Assembly: GCA_019347715.1 (NCBI GenBank)
Contig: JAHWKU010000009.1
Span: 80 to 64,079, forward strand
Direction of reading: 5' to 3'
Length of the DNA stretch: 64,000 nt
Source: Actinomycetota bacterium
GTDB taxonomy: Bacteria > Actinomycetota > CADDZG01 > JAHWKV01
Shown here: positions 27,149-35,720 of the stretch, one piece after another
How the letters are laid out: each line of letters opens with the position of its first letter
Position numbering within the stretch: the first letter of the stretch is position 1
The notes under the pieces: model-generated
Databases searched by the model: none
Seen by the model: only the letters and a program-made list of their open reading frames with translations
Told to the model about the DNA's origin: nothing
Position numbers and translations under genes: made by a program

Positions 27149-28186
27149 ATGTCAGATCCAACTCAACCAACTCATGGCCTTCGCCTATCCCGCGACTTCT
27201 ATTTCGAGATTGTTCGCCCGTTGATTCACCAGTTTGTTGACACAAGACCACACTCTGCCGCGCTTATCGGCTTCGGTTCCGAGGTTCTCGGTTACGACGA
27301 TGCCCGGTCAACAGACCATAACTGGGGGCCACGCGTGCGAATTTTCTTCGATGACGAGGCTAAGAAGACTAGCTTCGACGAACTGCGCGCCCAGATAGCT
27401 CAGCGGTTGCCTCAGAAGTTCTCAGGTTATCCGACAGCCTTCGACGTCGACTCGGTCGAAGTCTTTGATCTTACGGAATATGTCGATATGACCCTTGGGT
27501 TTGATCCGAGGAAAGGGGTCAAACTGCGGGACTGGCTCTCCACTCCCTCTCAGCTTTTGCTAGAGGTCACGGAGGGCGAGGTGTTCCACGATGGACTGCG
27601 TCAGTTAGAAGGCATCCGCTTCGCGCTCGAATGGTATCCCCACGACATCTGGCTCTATCTAATCGCATGCCAGTGGAAGCGCATCTCACAGGAGGAAGCC
27701 TTTGTTGCTAGAACGTTCGAGGTTGGGGACGAGATAGGCAGCCGCCTGGTGATCGCAAGGCTCGTTCGTGACTTGACACGGCTTTGTCTTCTGTTCGAAC
27801 GGAAATATGCGCCATACACCAAATGGCTAGGCTCTGCGTTCCGGAAATTGAGTAGCTACGACGTCCTAGCGCCTCACTTCGAAAAGGCACTAAGCGCGAA
27901 AACCCACGAGGATCGGGAGATTGCTCTTACCAAGTGTTATGAGAGCGCTGGTCAAATCCACAATGAACTGAAAGTCACTGAGGCAGTTGATCCCAGTCCA
28001 AGGATCCGCCACCGTAGACCGTTCGACGCCGAACGCTTTGTCGAAGCAACGATGGAGGCAGTGACGGATGAACAAGTTCTCTCCCTCCCGAGACACGTAG
28101 GCTCGGTCGACCAGTTCGTTGACAGCACTGACGTTTTAAGCTCGGCCCTGCGCGCACGGTTGGTATCAGCTTTCTATGAGACCTAA
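27149..28186 (+). CDS. DUF4037 / nucleotidyltransferase-like protein
   Basis: MSDPTQPTHGLRLSRDFYFEIVRPL...AALIGFGSEVLGYDDARSTDHNWGPRV is the pattern I associate with DUF4037. Start moved to the ATG at 27149. The track ORF would begin inside the att repeat. Confidence 0.7.
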   Translation: MSDPTQPTHGLRLSRDFYFEIVRPLIHQFVDTRPHSAALIGFGSEVLGYDDARSTDHNWGPRVRIFFDDEAKKTSFDELRAQIAQRLPQKFSGYPTAFDVDSVEVFDLTEYVDMTLGFDPRKGVKLRDWLSTPSQLLLEVTEGEVFHDGLRQLEGIRFALEWYPHDIWLYLIACQWKRISQEEAFVARTFEVGDEIGSRLVIARLVRDLTRLCLLFERKYAPYTKWLGSAFRKLSSYDVLAPHFEKALSAKTHEDREIALTKCYESAGQIHNELKVTEAVDPSPRIRHRRPFDAERFVEATMEAVTDEQVLSLPRHVGSVDQFVDSTDVLSSALRARLVSAFYET

Positions 28187-28247
28187 TTACGCCCCGCGGC
28201 ACGTGGGACGGTGGCGCGAACGTGTTTTCGGAAATGCATGAGGCTAA

Positions 28248-29201
28248 ATGCGTCGCTCTTTGCCTATGCCTAGCAGAAGAAAGCAAGGATCCGCTGTGAC
28301 AGAGCCGCCGAATGATTTCTCGATCGACGAACCGCTTGTGCGCTCGTTGCTCGAAGAGCAGCACCCAGACCTCGCGCACCTTCCGCTCGCCCATGTGGAC
28401 GCGGGATGGGACAACGCACTGTGGCGACTCGGCGAGGAGTTGGCCGTCCGCATGCCTCGCCGCGAGACCTCGTCGTGGCTGACAGAGAGAGAGCTGCAAT
28501 GGCTCCCTCAGGTCGCCCCGAGGCTCCCACTTCCCGTGCCAGTTGCGCTTCGGGTGGGTGCGCCTGGATCTGGCTACCCATGGCGTTGGGCGGTCGTTCC
28601 CTGGCTCGGCGGAGAGCCAGGTGACCGTGAACCGATAACGGATCCTGACAGTGCCATCGTGCTCGCGAGGTTTCTCCGTGCCCTCCATGTGCCGGCGCCT
28701 TCAGATGCGCCCTTCAACCCGTTTCGCGGGTCGGTTCCTCTCTCGGAGCATTTGGGCGGCGCCGACTTCGAGCGGACCCTCAGCGATGTGTCAGATCTCG
28801 TCGACGTCGACCGGATCCGCCTAGTTTGGGAGGACGCGACAGCAGCACCACCCTGGGAAGGCGAACCGATGTGGTTGCACGCTGATCTTCATCCGGCCAA
28901 CGTCATGATCACCGCGGGCGCACTGACCGGCATCGTTGATTTCGGTGACATGTGCGCCGGGGACCCTGCCAATGACCTCGCCGCCGGATGGACGCTGCTG
29001 CCGAGGGAGGCGCTCTCGACGTTCCTCGAAGCTTACGGCGACATCGATGCAGCCATGTTGAGGCGAGCTCGAGGGTGGGCTCTCCGCTGCGGGATCTCAC
29101 TCATTGGAATAGGGCTTGCTGGAAAGCGCGGCCTCCCGGGCGGCAAGTCCTCGTGGCTTGGTGGCGGCCTCGCCACGATCGAGAACGTCCTCTTGCAGTA
29201 G
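28248..29201 (+). CDS. Aminoglycoside phosphotransferase (APH) family kinase
   Basis: Brenner motif LHADLHPANVMI and metal-binding IVDFGDMCAGDPANDLA. Confidence 0.85.
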   Translation: MRRSLPMPSRRKQGSAVTEPPNDFSIDEPLVRSLLEEQHPDLAHLPLAHVDAGWDNALWRLGEELAVRMPRRETSSWLTERELQWLPQVAPRLPLPVPVALRVGAPGSGYPWRWAVVPWLGGEPGDREPITDPDSAIVLARFLRALHVPAPSDAPFNPFRGSVPLSEHLGGADFERTLSDVSDLVDVDRIRLVWEDATAAPPWEGEPMWLHADLHPANVMITAGALTGIVDFGDMCAGDPANDLAAGWTLLPREALSTFLEAYGDIDAAMLRRARGWALRCGISLIGIGLAGKRGLPGGKSSWLGGGLATIENVLLQ

Positions 29202-29202
29202 C

Positions 29203-29538
29203 CGTCCGGCATTGGATGGCGAGGGACCTACGCGATGGGCAGCTAGATTCGACCTGACAAATTGGGGTCTAATCGTTGTGAGATCCGGAGGGAGTGCGCT
29301 TGACGGTGCCGTGATCGCCTTCGACACAGAGAACATCAACGTGTCGGAAGACAGGCATGATCTAGCGTGCCTTTGGGATTTACGTGTGGACTCGGAAGCA
29401 AGAAAAGGAGGTCGGTGTTTTTGATAGAAGCGGCAAGCGCTGACACAGGGATGTTCACTTGGAGCAATCAATCGATCCGCGTACCTCCAACTTCCTCATG
29501 AGATTCAGCTCATTTGGAGGAAGAGCCTCTCCCAATGA
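29203..29538 (+). pseudogene. GNAT acetyltransferase relic (two in-frame stops and an internal deletion)
   Basis: A single frame reads ...GAVIAFDTENINVSEDRHDLACLWDLRVDSEARKGGRCF-stop-stop-KRQALTQGCSLGAINRSAYLQLPHEIQLIWRKSLSQ. The N-terminal and C-terminal GNAT blocks are present, but the acetyl-CoA-binding middle is missing. TGA TAG lies at 29422..29427. Confidence 0.5.
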
Positions 29539-29598
29539 TGCACTTGGCAGGATGCGGTTTAACAGGCGGATGCTACCGATCAGTTAGCGAGACTCACC

Positions 29599-30087
29599 GT
29601 GATTAGATCGATGACCGCCGACGATATCGATACTGTCGCCTCCCTGGCTTCTCGGGCGTTCGCGGCCGAGGGGCGAGAACTTGAGGAGTATGCGGGAGAA
29701 GCAGGTAAGTCCGCCTGGCTCAAGCGCGTTCAACGAGAAGATGGCTGGGTGCTGCTAAAGATTGAAGACGAAAAGATCATTGGAGCCTGTCACGGGGAGC
29801 CCGAGTGGGACTTCGAGGACAGGAGGCCGGTTCCGGGCATAGCTCATCTCTCTGGCCTTTTCGTTGAGCCTGAGCTATGGGGGAAAGGCGTCGCCCGCGA
29901 CCTACTACGTGCCACAGTCGACCTCCTCCGGAGCCGCGGGTTCAGAAAGAGTCGTCTTTGGGTCACCGTTGACAACACCCGGGCAGTGCCCCTTTACAAG
30001 TCGGAAGGCTGGCGGGAAACGGGCAGGCTAACCTTGGCATCCGACGGCAAACAATTGGCGGAGTATGAGAAGGAATTGATGGGGTGA
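29599..30087 (+). CDS. GNAT family N-acetyltransferase
   Basis: 162 aa with LFVEPELWGKGVARDLL (acetyl-CoA motif A) and VDNTRAVPLYKSEGW. Confidence 0.85.
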   Translation: MIRSMTADDIDTVASLASRAFAAEGRELEEYAGEAGKSAWLKRVQREDGWVLLKIEDEKIIGACHGEPEWDFEDRRPVPGIAHLSGLFVEPELWGKGVARDLLRATVDLLRSRGFRKSRLWVTVDNTRAVPLYKSEGWRETGRLTLASDGKQLAEYEKELMG

Positions 30088-30100
30088 CCGTCCAATCCGT

Positions 30101-30877
30101 ATGAGGGAGTCAGCAATTCCGAAGGAACTTGCCAAACCAACGGCAATCCTCGTCGACTTGGACGACACACTCATTGACGATAGCGGTGGCTTGGAGATTT
30201 CCTGGAAAACGGCTTGTCACGAGGCTGCGTCCAGATTGGGTGGAATGACTGCCGAGGACCTTCTGGCTTCAATCCACCAAGCTCGCGAGTGGTTCTGGTC
30301 TGACCCAGAGCGTCATCGGACCGGAAGAGCCGCCCTTCGCACGACTACCCGTCACATAGTTCATCTTGCCCTGCAGGACCTCGGAATAGATGACCTCGAA
30401 CTGGCGAGAGACATTGCCGAGAGATACCGTGACCTCAGGGATGAAGCGCTGGTCCTATTCCCCGACGTGCTTGACGCCTTGGACAAGCTAAAGGGGGCGG
30501 CTATCAGGCTCGCCCTCGTCACCAATGGCAGCGGGCCTGCCCAGCTAAGCAAGATTGAGCGCTTCGAACTCGCTCGCTTCTTCGACCATGTCCAGATTGA
30601 GGGAGACTTCGGGGTAGGGAAACCCGACCCAAGTGTTTACCTCAACGCGCTCGACAAGCTGAAGGCCGACCCATCAAATGCCTGGAGTGTTGGCGACAAC
30701 CTGGAATGGGACGTTCTCGCTCCGAAACGCTTGGGTTGCACTGGGATATGGATCAGGTACCAGCGTGACGATCCTCTCAGGAGGCGACTGTCTAGTGAAT
30801 CTCGGTACACAGAGAACCCGGATCAGCCGGACCGAATCATTGATTCCTTCGTCGAATTGCCGGGCTTGCTTCAATGA
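30101..30877 (+). CDS. HAD-superfamily hydrolase
   Basis: Motif I ILVDLDDTL, motif II LVTNG, and late VGDNLEWDV. Confidence 0.85.
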   Translation: MRESAIPKELAKPTAILVDLDDTLIDDSGGLEISWKTACHEAASRLGGMTAEDLLASIHQAREWFWSDPERHRTGRAALRTTTRHIVHLALQDLGIDDLELARDIAERYRDLRDEALVLFPDVLDALDKLKGAAIRLALVTNGSGPAQLSKIERFELARFFDHVQIEGDFGVGKPDPSVYLNALDKLKADPSNAWSVGDNLEWDVLAPKRLGCTGIWIRYQRDDPLRRRLSSESRYTENPDQPDRIIDSFVELPGLLQ

Positions 30878-30936
30878 TGGACTAGGACCTGGGTGGTGAC
30901 CTGACAGGTGCCTAGTCGCGCCCGGTCGCTGAGCCA

Positions 30937-31755
30937 CTAGCTCTTGAAGTGCTGATACTCCCAGTAGTGAGGCGGGTTCTCCATCTTGACGCCACCCACC
31001 CAGACGACGTGGTGAGTCGTTTCGATCTCACCTGAAGAATTGGTGTTGCGCTCGGCGAAGAGTTCGTATCGGGAATCGTCGGCGGATGGAGGCGGTCTCC
31101 CGGTATAGGCCCAGATAGAGCACTGGAACTTTAGCCATTCATAGATGTCTGGGTAGTAGCGCTTGGAGACGATGTCGGCGGCGATCCGAACGCTCACCCC
31201 GTTTCGCTCCATGGCTACCTTGGCTTGATCGAGCACGTTCATGATCTGGTTGGCGCGCTCTCCCTCCCCAAAGACCTCCCGCACTTCCTGGTGGTGTAGC
31301 CCGCCGATCGTCTCCGAGAAGATCGTGCCCCCGGGCTTGAGCGCATAGAGCGCCGCCTGGATGGTGATGCTGGTTCCTCCGAGAGGCCCCCTCTCGGTGA
31401 AGACGAAGTCGAAGGAGTCCCTGTCCAGGCGTTCCGGGATCTCCACGGCCGGAAAGAGCATGAACTCCACGTTAGATACGCCTCGCTCCTTCTTGTTCAT
31501 CTCGGCGATCTCGAGGTGCTCTGGGTCGTTGTCGATCCCGACTCCGTGCCCGAATCTGTTGTGATGCTCCAGCAGGGTCAGACCGCTTCCGCATCCGATG
31601 TCCAATACCCGCATATTGCTAGTGAACTGAGACGCGATGAAGTCGGGGGCAGGTGGATTCAGCCTGGAGTCGATCCTCGATTCGTGGGCAGGCCCGCGGT
31701 AGAAGGAATAGTCGTGGCTGAGGATCTCCTTCAGCTTGCCCTTGTTTATGCGCAT
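30937..31755 (-). CDS. Class I SAM-dependent methyltransferase
   Basis: VLDIGCGSG motif I, 272 aa. Confidence 0.8.
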   Translation of the reverse strand: MRINKGKLKEILSHDYSFYRGPAHESRIDSRLNPPAPDFIASQFTSNMRVLDIGCGSGLTLLEHHNRFGHGVGIDNDPEHLEIAEMNKKERGVSNVEFMLFPAVEIPERLDRDSFDFVFTERGPLGGTSITIQAALYALKPGGTIFSETIGGLHHQEVREVFGEGERANQIMNVLDQAKVAMERNGVSVRIAADIVSKRYYPDIYEWLKFQCSIWAYTGRPPPSADDSRYELFAERNTNSSGEIETTHHVVWVGGVKMENPPHYWEYQHFKS

Positions 31756-31775
31756 CTATCGCCGCTTCTCATTCT

Positions 31776-32741
31776 TCACGCTCCCCGGCGCGCCTTGGCC
31801 AAAAGAGACGTCAATCGTTCGACCGCCGGTCGCGGGGACAATCCCTCCTTCACGAACCAAGCGGCCGCCCCCACCATCAGTACAACCCTGTAGACCGGGC
31901 CCAACTGATCGAGTCTCTCGACGGTTTCGGGGTCGGGCTCGTAACCCTCCAGGAGCGCCGACAGGGATTCCTCCTCCCACTTGGAGAAGGTCGCGAGATC
32001 CCAGATCGGATCTCCCGACGCGACGTCCTCGAAGTCGATGACGCCCGTTACTTCGGTCCGCTCTGGATCCACGATCACGTGACCCTTCTGAAAGTCACCA
32101 TGGATGAGGCGCGGGTCTTCGTAGCCGTCCAGCTCCGAAGCCCGTTCGTCCAGCAACTCCCAAACGCCGGCCAAGAGCGAGGGATTCAGGGGAGAGTTCT
32201 CCTGCAGGCGGCGGAGCCGGTGCTCGACCCTAGATACCAATGCCTTGTGCCAGGAGGGGTGTTTGCCCTGTATAAGCTCGGGATCTATCGGACCGAACCT
32301 CTCCGTGATGCGCGAGTGGAGCCGACGCAAGAGCCCTCCGGTCTGAACCAGAAGCGACCTGGTCGCGGGATCCTCGAAGTGGTCATCGCGAGGATCCATT
32401 AGTTCAGAAAAGTCTATCCCCGGGATCTCTTCGATCAGCAAAAAGTCCGCAGGAAAGCGCCTACGGTCCGTGTCGAGCGCGATGACTGCGGGACCGGGCA
32501 CGTCCAAGCGTCGCGCTTCCTCCAACCCCCAAGCTTCAGCCGCAACCGGGATCTGGTCGTCGGGGTCGGTGGACGATTTGAAGATCAGACTTCGGCCTTC
32601 GACGTGCACGCGGCAGGCAAGACGGCCGAAGCTGGCATCGATCGGTTCGACCCGCTCGACAGCTTCGCCCAATAGCCCCGCGACAACTTCGCCAACCATG
32701 GATTGGTAGTTGGCACTCCCTCCAGCGCCTTCAGGAGCCAC
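31776..32741 (-). CDS. Aminoglycoside phosphotransferase (APH) family kinase
   Basis: LIHGDFQKGHVIV and VIDFEDVASGDPIWDLA. It overlaps the upstream methyltransferase gene by 11 nt. Confidence 0.85.
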   Translation of the reverse strand: MAPEGAGGSANYQSMVGEVVAGLLGEAVERVEPIDASFGRLACRVHVEGRSLIFKSSTDPDDQIPVAAEAWGLEEARRLDVPGPAVIALDTDRRRFPADFLLIEEIPGIDFSELMDPRDDHFEDPATRSLLVQTGGLLRRLHSRITERFGPIDPELIQGKHPSWHKALVSRVEHRLRRLQENSPLNPSLLAGVWELLDERASELDGYEDPRLIHGDFQKGHVIVDPERTEVTGVIDFEDVASGDPIWDLATFSKWEEESLSALLEGYEPDPETVERLDQLGPVYRVVLMVGAAAWFVKEGLSPRPAVERLTSLLAKARRGA

Positions 32742-33549
32742 AGATGAAAATCCCCGTGTGATTGCTGATCTCGAAGATCCCTTTCCGCTCTAGTACAGCC
32801 TCGACTTCACTTCGAAACTCCCTCATCACCGCGTCCCATGTCAGCGACTCCGGGAGCTTATGTTCATGAAAGCTCCTAACACTCTCTAGGTAGTCGAGGA
32901 TCGGTTCGACCTCGGGCACCTCCAGCCGGGCGCGCACATCGTCACGGATGACGACCTCGAAGAAGGGACGCAACATCGCTTCTCCCTCTTCCATCCGAAA
33001 CCTCCTCGCGCTGGAGAGGACCGGCTCCTGAGCCCCGGACCCAAGTCGCGTCACCACACGATCGAAGGTCTCCCTTAACTGCCGCATGTGTTGGAGTCCA
33101 TTCGTAGCCACAACAACCCTTCCCCCAGGGCGCGTTACCCTCCTTAGCTCCGCGATCGCCGCCTCGATGTCCGGGACGTGATAAAGCATGTGGATGCAAA
33201 GGGTGGTGTCGAAAGTATCTTCAATGAATGGAAGGTGCAGTGCGTCGGCGACTGTTACCGTCGACGTGGCCTTCCTCGCCTCTTGGACCATTCCAGGAGA
33301 GAGGTCAACCCCCACGACAATCTCAGACCGGTGGGAGAGCTTCTCGAGGTAGGTGCCAGGTCCACACCCAACATCCAATGCGCTCCCGACGGACCCATCG
33401 ATCCTGCTGACGATCCAGTCGCTCAGGTCCACCCGGGGGTTTTGGAACCTGTATATCTCCCGCCGGGAGCGAAGATTGTCGCTGTCATGGTAGGCCTGGT
33501 TGACGAGATGATCCCGGTCTGTGAATCGCTGCTCAGCCTCCACGGACAT
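32731..33549 (-). CDS. Class I SAM-dependent methyltransferase (paralog of 38736..39554)
   Basis: LDVGCGPGTYL, LHLPF, LYHVPDI and VVATNG. It has the same length (272 aa) and is alignable over its whole length with 38736..39554. Confidence 0.85.
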   Translation of the reverse strand: MSVEAEQRFTDRDHLVNQAYHDSDNLRSRREIYRFQNPRVDLSDWIVSRIDGSVGSALDVGCGPGTYLEKLSHRSEIVVGVDLSPGMVQEARKATSTVTVADALHLPFIEDTFDTTLCIHMLYHVPDIEAAIAELRRVTRPGGRVVVATNGLQHMRQLRETFDRVVTRLGSGAQEPVLSSARRFRMEEGEAMLRPFFEVVIRDDVRARLEVPEVEPILDYLESVRSFHEHKLPESLTWDAVMREFRSEVEAVLERKGIFEISNHTGIFICGS

Positions 33550-33573
33550 GTAGCTTCCCAGAAAGCGTCACTC

Positions 33574-33858
33574 GGAATCGACTTGCTTCTAGATTCCACT
33601 GCTGGAGGACACTCGAGCGCAGATCTCCGCATATTTCTTGACGTTGATTTTGAAGAGGTTCTTAGCCGTGCCTGCGTGCGGGATGTTGCTCTGTTTGGAT
33701 CAGTTGAAGAGGTCGAGACGCGCTACCAAGCCAGATATATCTCAGGGCAACGGCTTTATCTCCAAGAGGTAGAGCCGCACGCTCTCTCCGGCATCGTGAT
33801 CGACAACAACAATCCGTCGTTACCTCGAGTAATGAGGTCATTAGGCCAGCGCCGCTGA
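33574..33858 (+). pseudogene. C-terminal fragment of a uridine-kinase/PRK-like P-loop kinase
   Basis: The tail of the 226-aa track ORF reads IDLLLDSTAGGHSSADLRIFLDVDFEEVLSRACVRD...YQARYISGQRLYLQEVEPHALSGIVIDNNNPSLPRV. There is no Walker A region, because the upstream frame is antisense to the methyltransferase gene. Confidence 0.45.
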
Positions 33859-33867
33859 CAAATCCGT

Positions 33868-34479
33868 TCAGGACCAACCAAACAGGTCAGCGACCCTCCC
33901 CACGATTTCCTCTACCCGCTCCGCTCCATCCACTGTAATTGTCGCAAGGCCCAACTCGGCAGCCAGGTCCCTTACGTGGGCCGCCATCAAGGAGTCCCTA
34001 GCGATGATGTTCTCCGATGCGAAGTCGGGATCGCTGGTCATTGCTGGCGCCCCCATGCCCCGCCGGCGGCGCGCCCACCTTATGAACTCGGGTGTCCCTA
34101 TCAAGAAAACGCTCCGGCTCTGGTCCGTCGCTTGAGACGCAACGAGCTCTGGGAAGAGTCCGGCACCATGAGCGATGATTCGTTCTCCCGAGAGGGCTTC
34201 TAGGTCCTCAAGCACAAGCGGGAATCTCTGCGTCCAGGAGCGTATCGTTCGTCCAGCCATCTCGGCTGGCGGGCGAGAAAGCCATCGCTCATCGTGGGCC
34301 TGCCGCCTCGTCTCAGGATCTTCGATCCTGTCTATGATCTGGCTCGAACGACCCATCCTCTCCAAGTGATCACGCTCGGCTGCGTCGTAGTTGTACACGA
34401 CTGCACCCGAGCTCGTTCCAAGCAGGGATGCAACGGAGCTCTTGCCAGAGCAGACAGAACCTCCAATCCAGTAGATCAA
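33868..34479 (-). CDS. P-loop NTPase / small-molecule kinase-like protein
   Basis: Walker A IGGSVCSGKSS. TTG start at 34479 lies 7 nt after AAGGAGG. The track start at 34539 is an alternative. Confidence 0.7.
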   Translation of the reverse strand: MIYWIGGSVCSGKSSVASLLGTSSGAVVYNYDAAERDHLERMGRSSQIIDRIEDPETRRQAHDERWLSRPPAEMAGRTIRSWTQRFPLVLEDLEALSGERIIAHGAGLFPELVASQATDQSRSVFLIGTPEFIRWARRRRGMGAPAMTSDPDFASENIIARDSLMAAHVRDLAAELGLATITVDGAERVEEIVGRVADLFGWS

Positions 34480-34731
34480 CGTACACCTCCTTGTTTGTGC
34501 TTGAAGTGTGGGACATAAAACCCGCTTGCGGGAAGACACCCCTCGCGAGGGATAATGGAAGAGAGGGGAACTTCAGCACGTTGTCTAAGGACTTCCGCCA
34601 TCGTCGACCTCCTAACGTAACGATCAACACCAACAGAGTCGATTCTCGGATAGATCCAAGACCAGTGACCACTCAGCCGCCTCGCGTAGCCCTTGCCCGT
34701 GAAGAAGCCAACTGATTAGGAGATCTGTCTG

Positions 34732-35193
34732 ATGGACCTAGAGTTGTTGACAGAAATCGTAAGCAGGCGCTTTGGGATTATGTATGCAGAACTCCGGCGA
34801 GAGATCGAGGGACTAACTGACGAGGCATTGGCATGGAAACCGATGCAAGATACATCCTCCATATCGACCCTGGTCGTTCACACGCTCGGATCCATCGGGG
34901 AACTCCTCACGGTCGTCCGAGGCAGTCCGATTGAAAGAGATCGGGAGGCCGAGTTCACGATCGGATCATCCCTAAGCATGCACGAGCTTCAAAGCCGAAT
35001 CGATAAATCCCAGATCGCGTTTAAGGAAGCGATGACGCAAATCACGTACGAGGATCTGAACCGTCCCCGTTCTAGACCCCATCGGAATGTAACCCTCCCT
35101 GGCCTCGAATGGATATTCGTGACCTTGCTCCACGCTAGTGAACACATTGGCCAGATCCAAATGACCAAACAGGGATTTCTGCAGTCTCGCTAA
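34732..35193 (+). CDS. DinB-family (four-helix-bundle metalloenzyme-like) protein
   Basis: 153 aa with the His triad context VVHTLGS ... LLHASEHIGQI. Confidence 0.8.
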   Translation: MDLELLTEIVSRRFGIMYAELRREIEGLTDEALAWKPMQDTSSISTLVVHTLGSIGELLTVVRGSPIERDREAEFTIGSSLSMHELQSRIDKSQIAFKEAMTQITYEDLNRPRSRPHRNVTLPGLEWIFVTLLHASEHIGQIQMTKQGFLQSR

Positions 35194-35656
35194 GCGTCAG
35201 GCCCGCTGAGCAAATCCCATACGTGGGCGAGAGCATTGGGAGTGGCAAGCGTTCAGCCGACGCGGAAGAGGCCTGACGATTTAGCAATCCTTCCGCATGG
35301 GAACGAGAGCCGGTTCGTGACGTCTAGGGAAGAAGCCGTATAGTCCCTTCTTGCAACGGAGAGTCCATCCTCCGGCCCGGCGTGCTTAGCGCTAAGCGTT
35401 CCGATTTTCGCAGTTCATCCGGAGCAGACACCTCGCTCTTCCTGACCAACTTATCCCTCCGCCCCCCTTCGGACGGGTCTAAGGCGATTCTACGGCCTGC
35501 TTTTTGCGCTCAAGACGCCAAAAGAAGGGCAACGGAGACCGGAGGCTCCGGCGGCAGGCTTCAAATCAGTTCGGCACCACCCCCCATTCAATCGGCCAAC
35601 GGTTGCAGACTTTCCGGGACTGAAGCGACAGCAGGTTGTTGGGCGACAACCTTCTG

Positions 35657-35685
35657 TTGACCTCCTCGGTTGTTGAGTATATAAC
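35657..35685 (+). promoter_or_regulatory. Candidate sigma-70-type promoter, TTGACC-17 nt-TATAAC
   Basis: Read by eye 36 nt upstream of the ATG at 35721. The -10 overlaps the first of two TATAACCCC direct repeats. Confidence 0.35.
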
Positions 35686-35699
35686 CCCTCTATAACCCC
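35680..35699 (+). promoter_or_regulatory. Tandem direct repeat TATAACCCC-tc-TATAACCCC (11-bp phasing), possible operator
   Basis: Seen directly. It lies between the candidate promoter and the RBS GGAGGGAG of a gene whose product starts with a ribbon-helix-helix-like segment. Confidence 0.3.
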
Positions 35700-35720
35700 A
35701 ACTAATTTAGGGAGGGAGCT

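Noticed and set aside
27975-28688. 237-aa minus-strand ORF spanning the DUF4037/APH junction; similar cases at 42053..42712, 46474..47160, 55772..56347, 57729..58427 and 58102..58722
   Set aside because: All are antisense or off-frame to genes with clear family motifs and show Arg/Pro/Gly-biased composition.
35382-35660. 92-aa plus-strand ORF in the long intergenic region
   Set aside because: It is low complexity (Ser/Ala/Gly/Pro), has no RBS and runs through the predicted promoter of the next gene.
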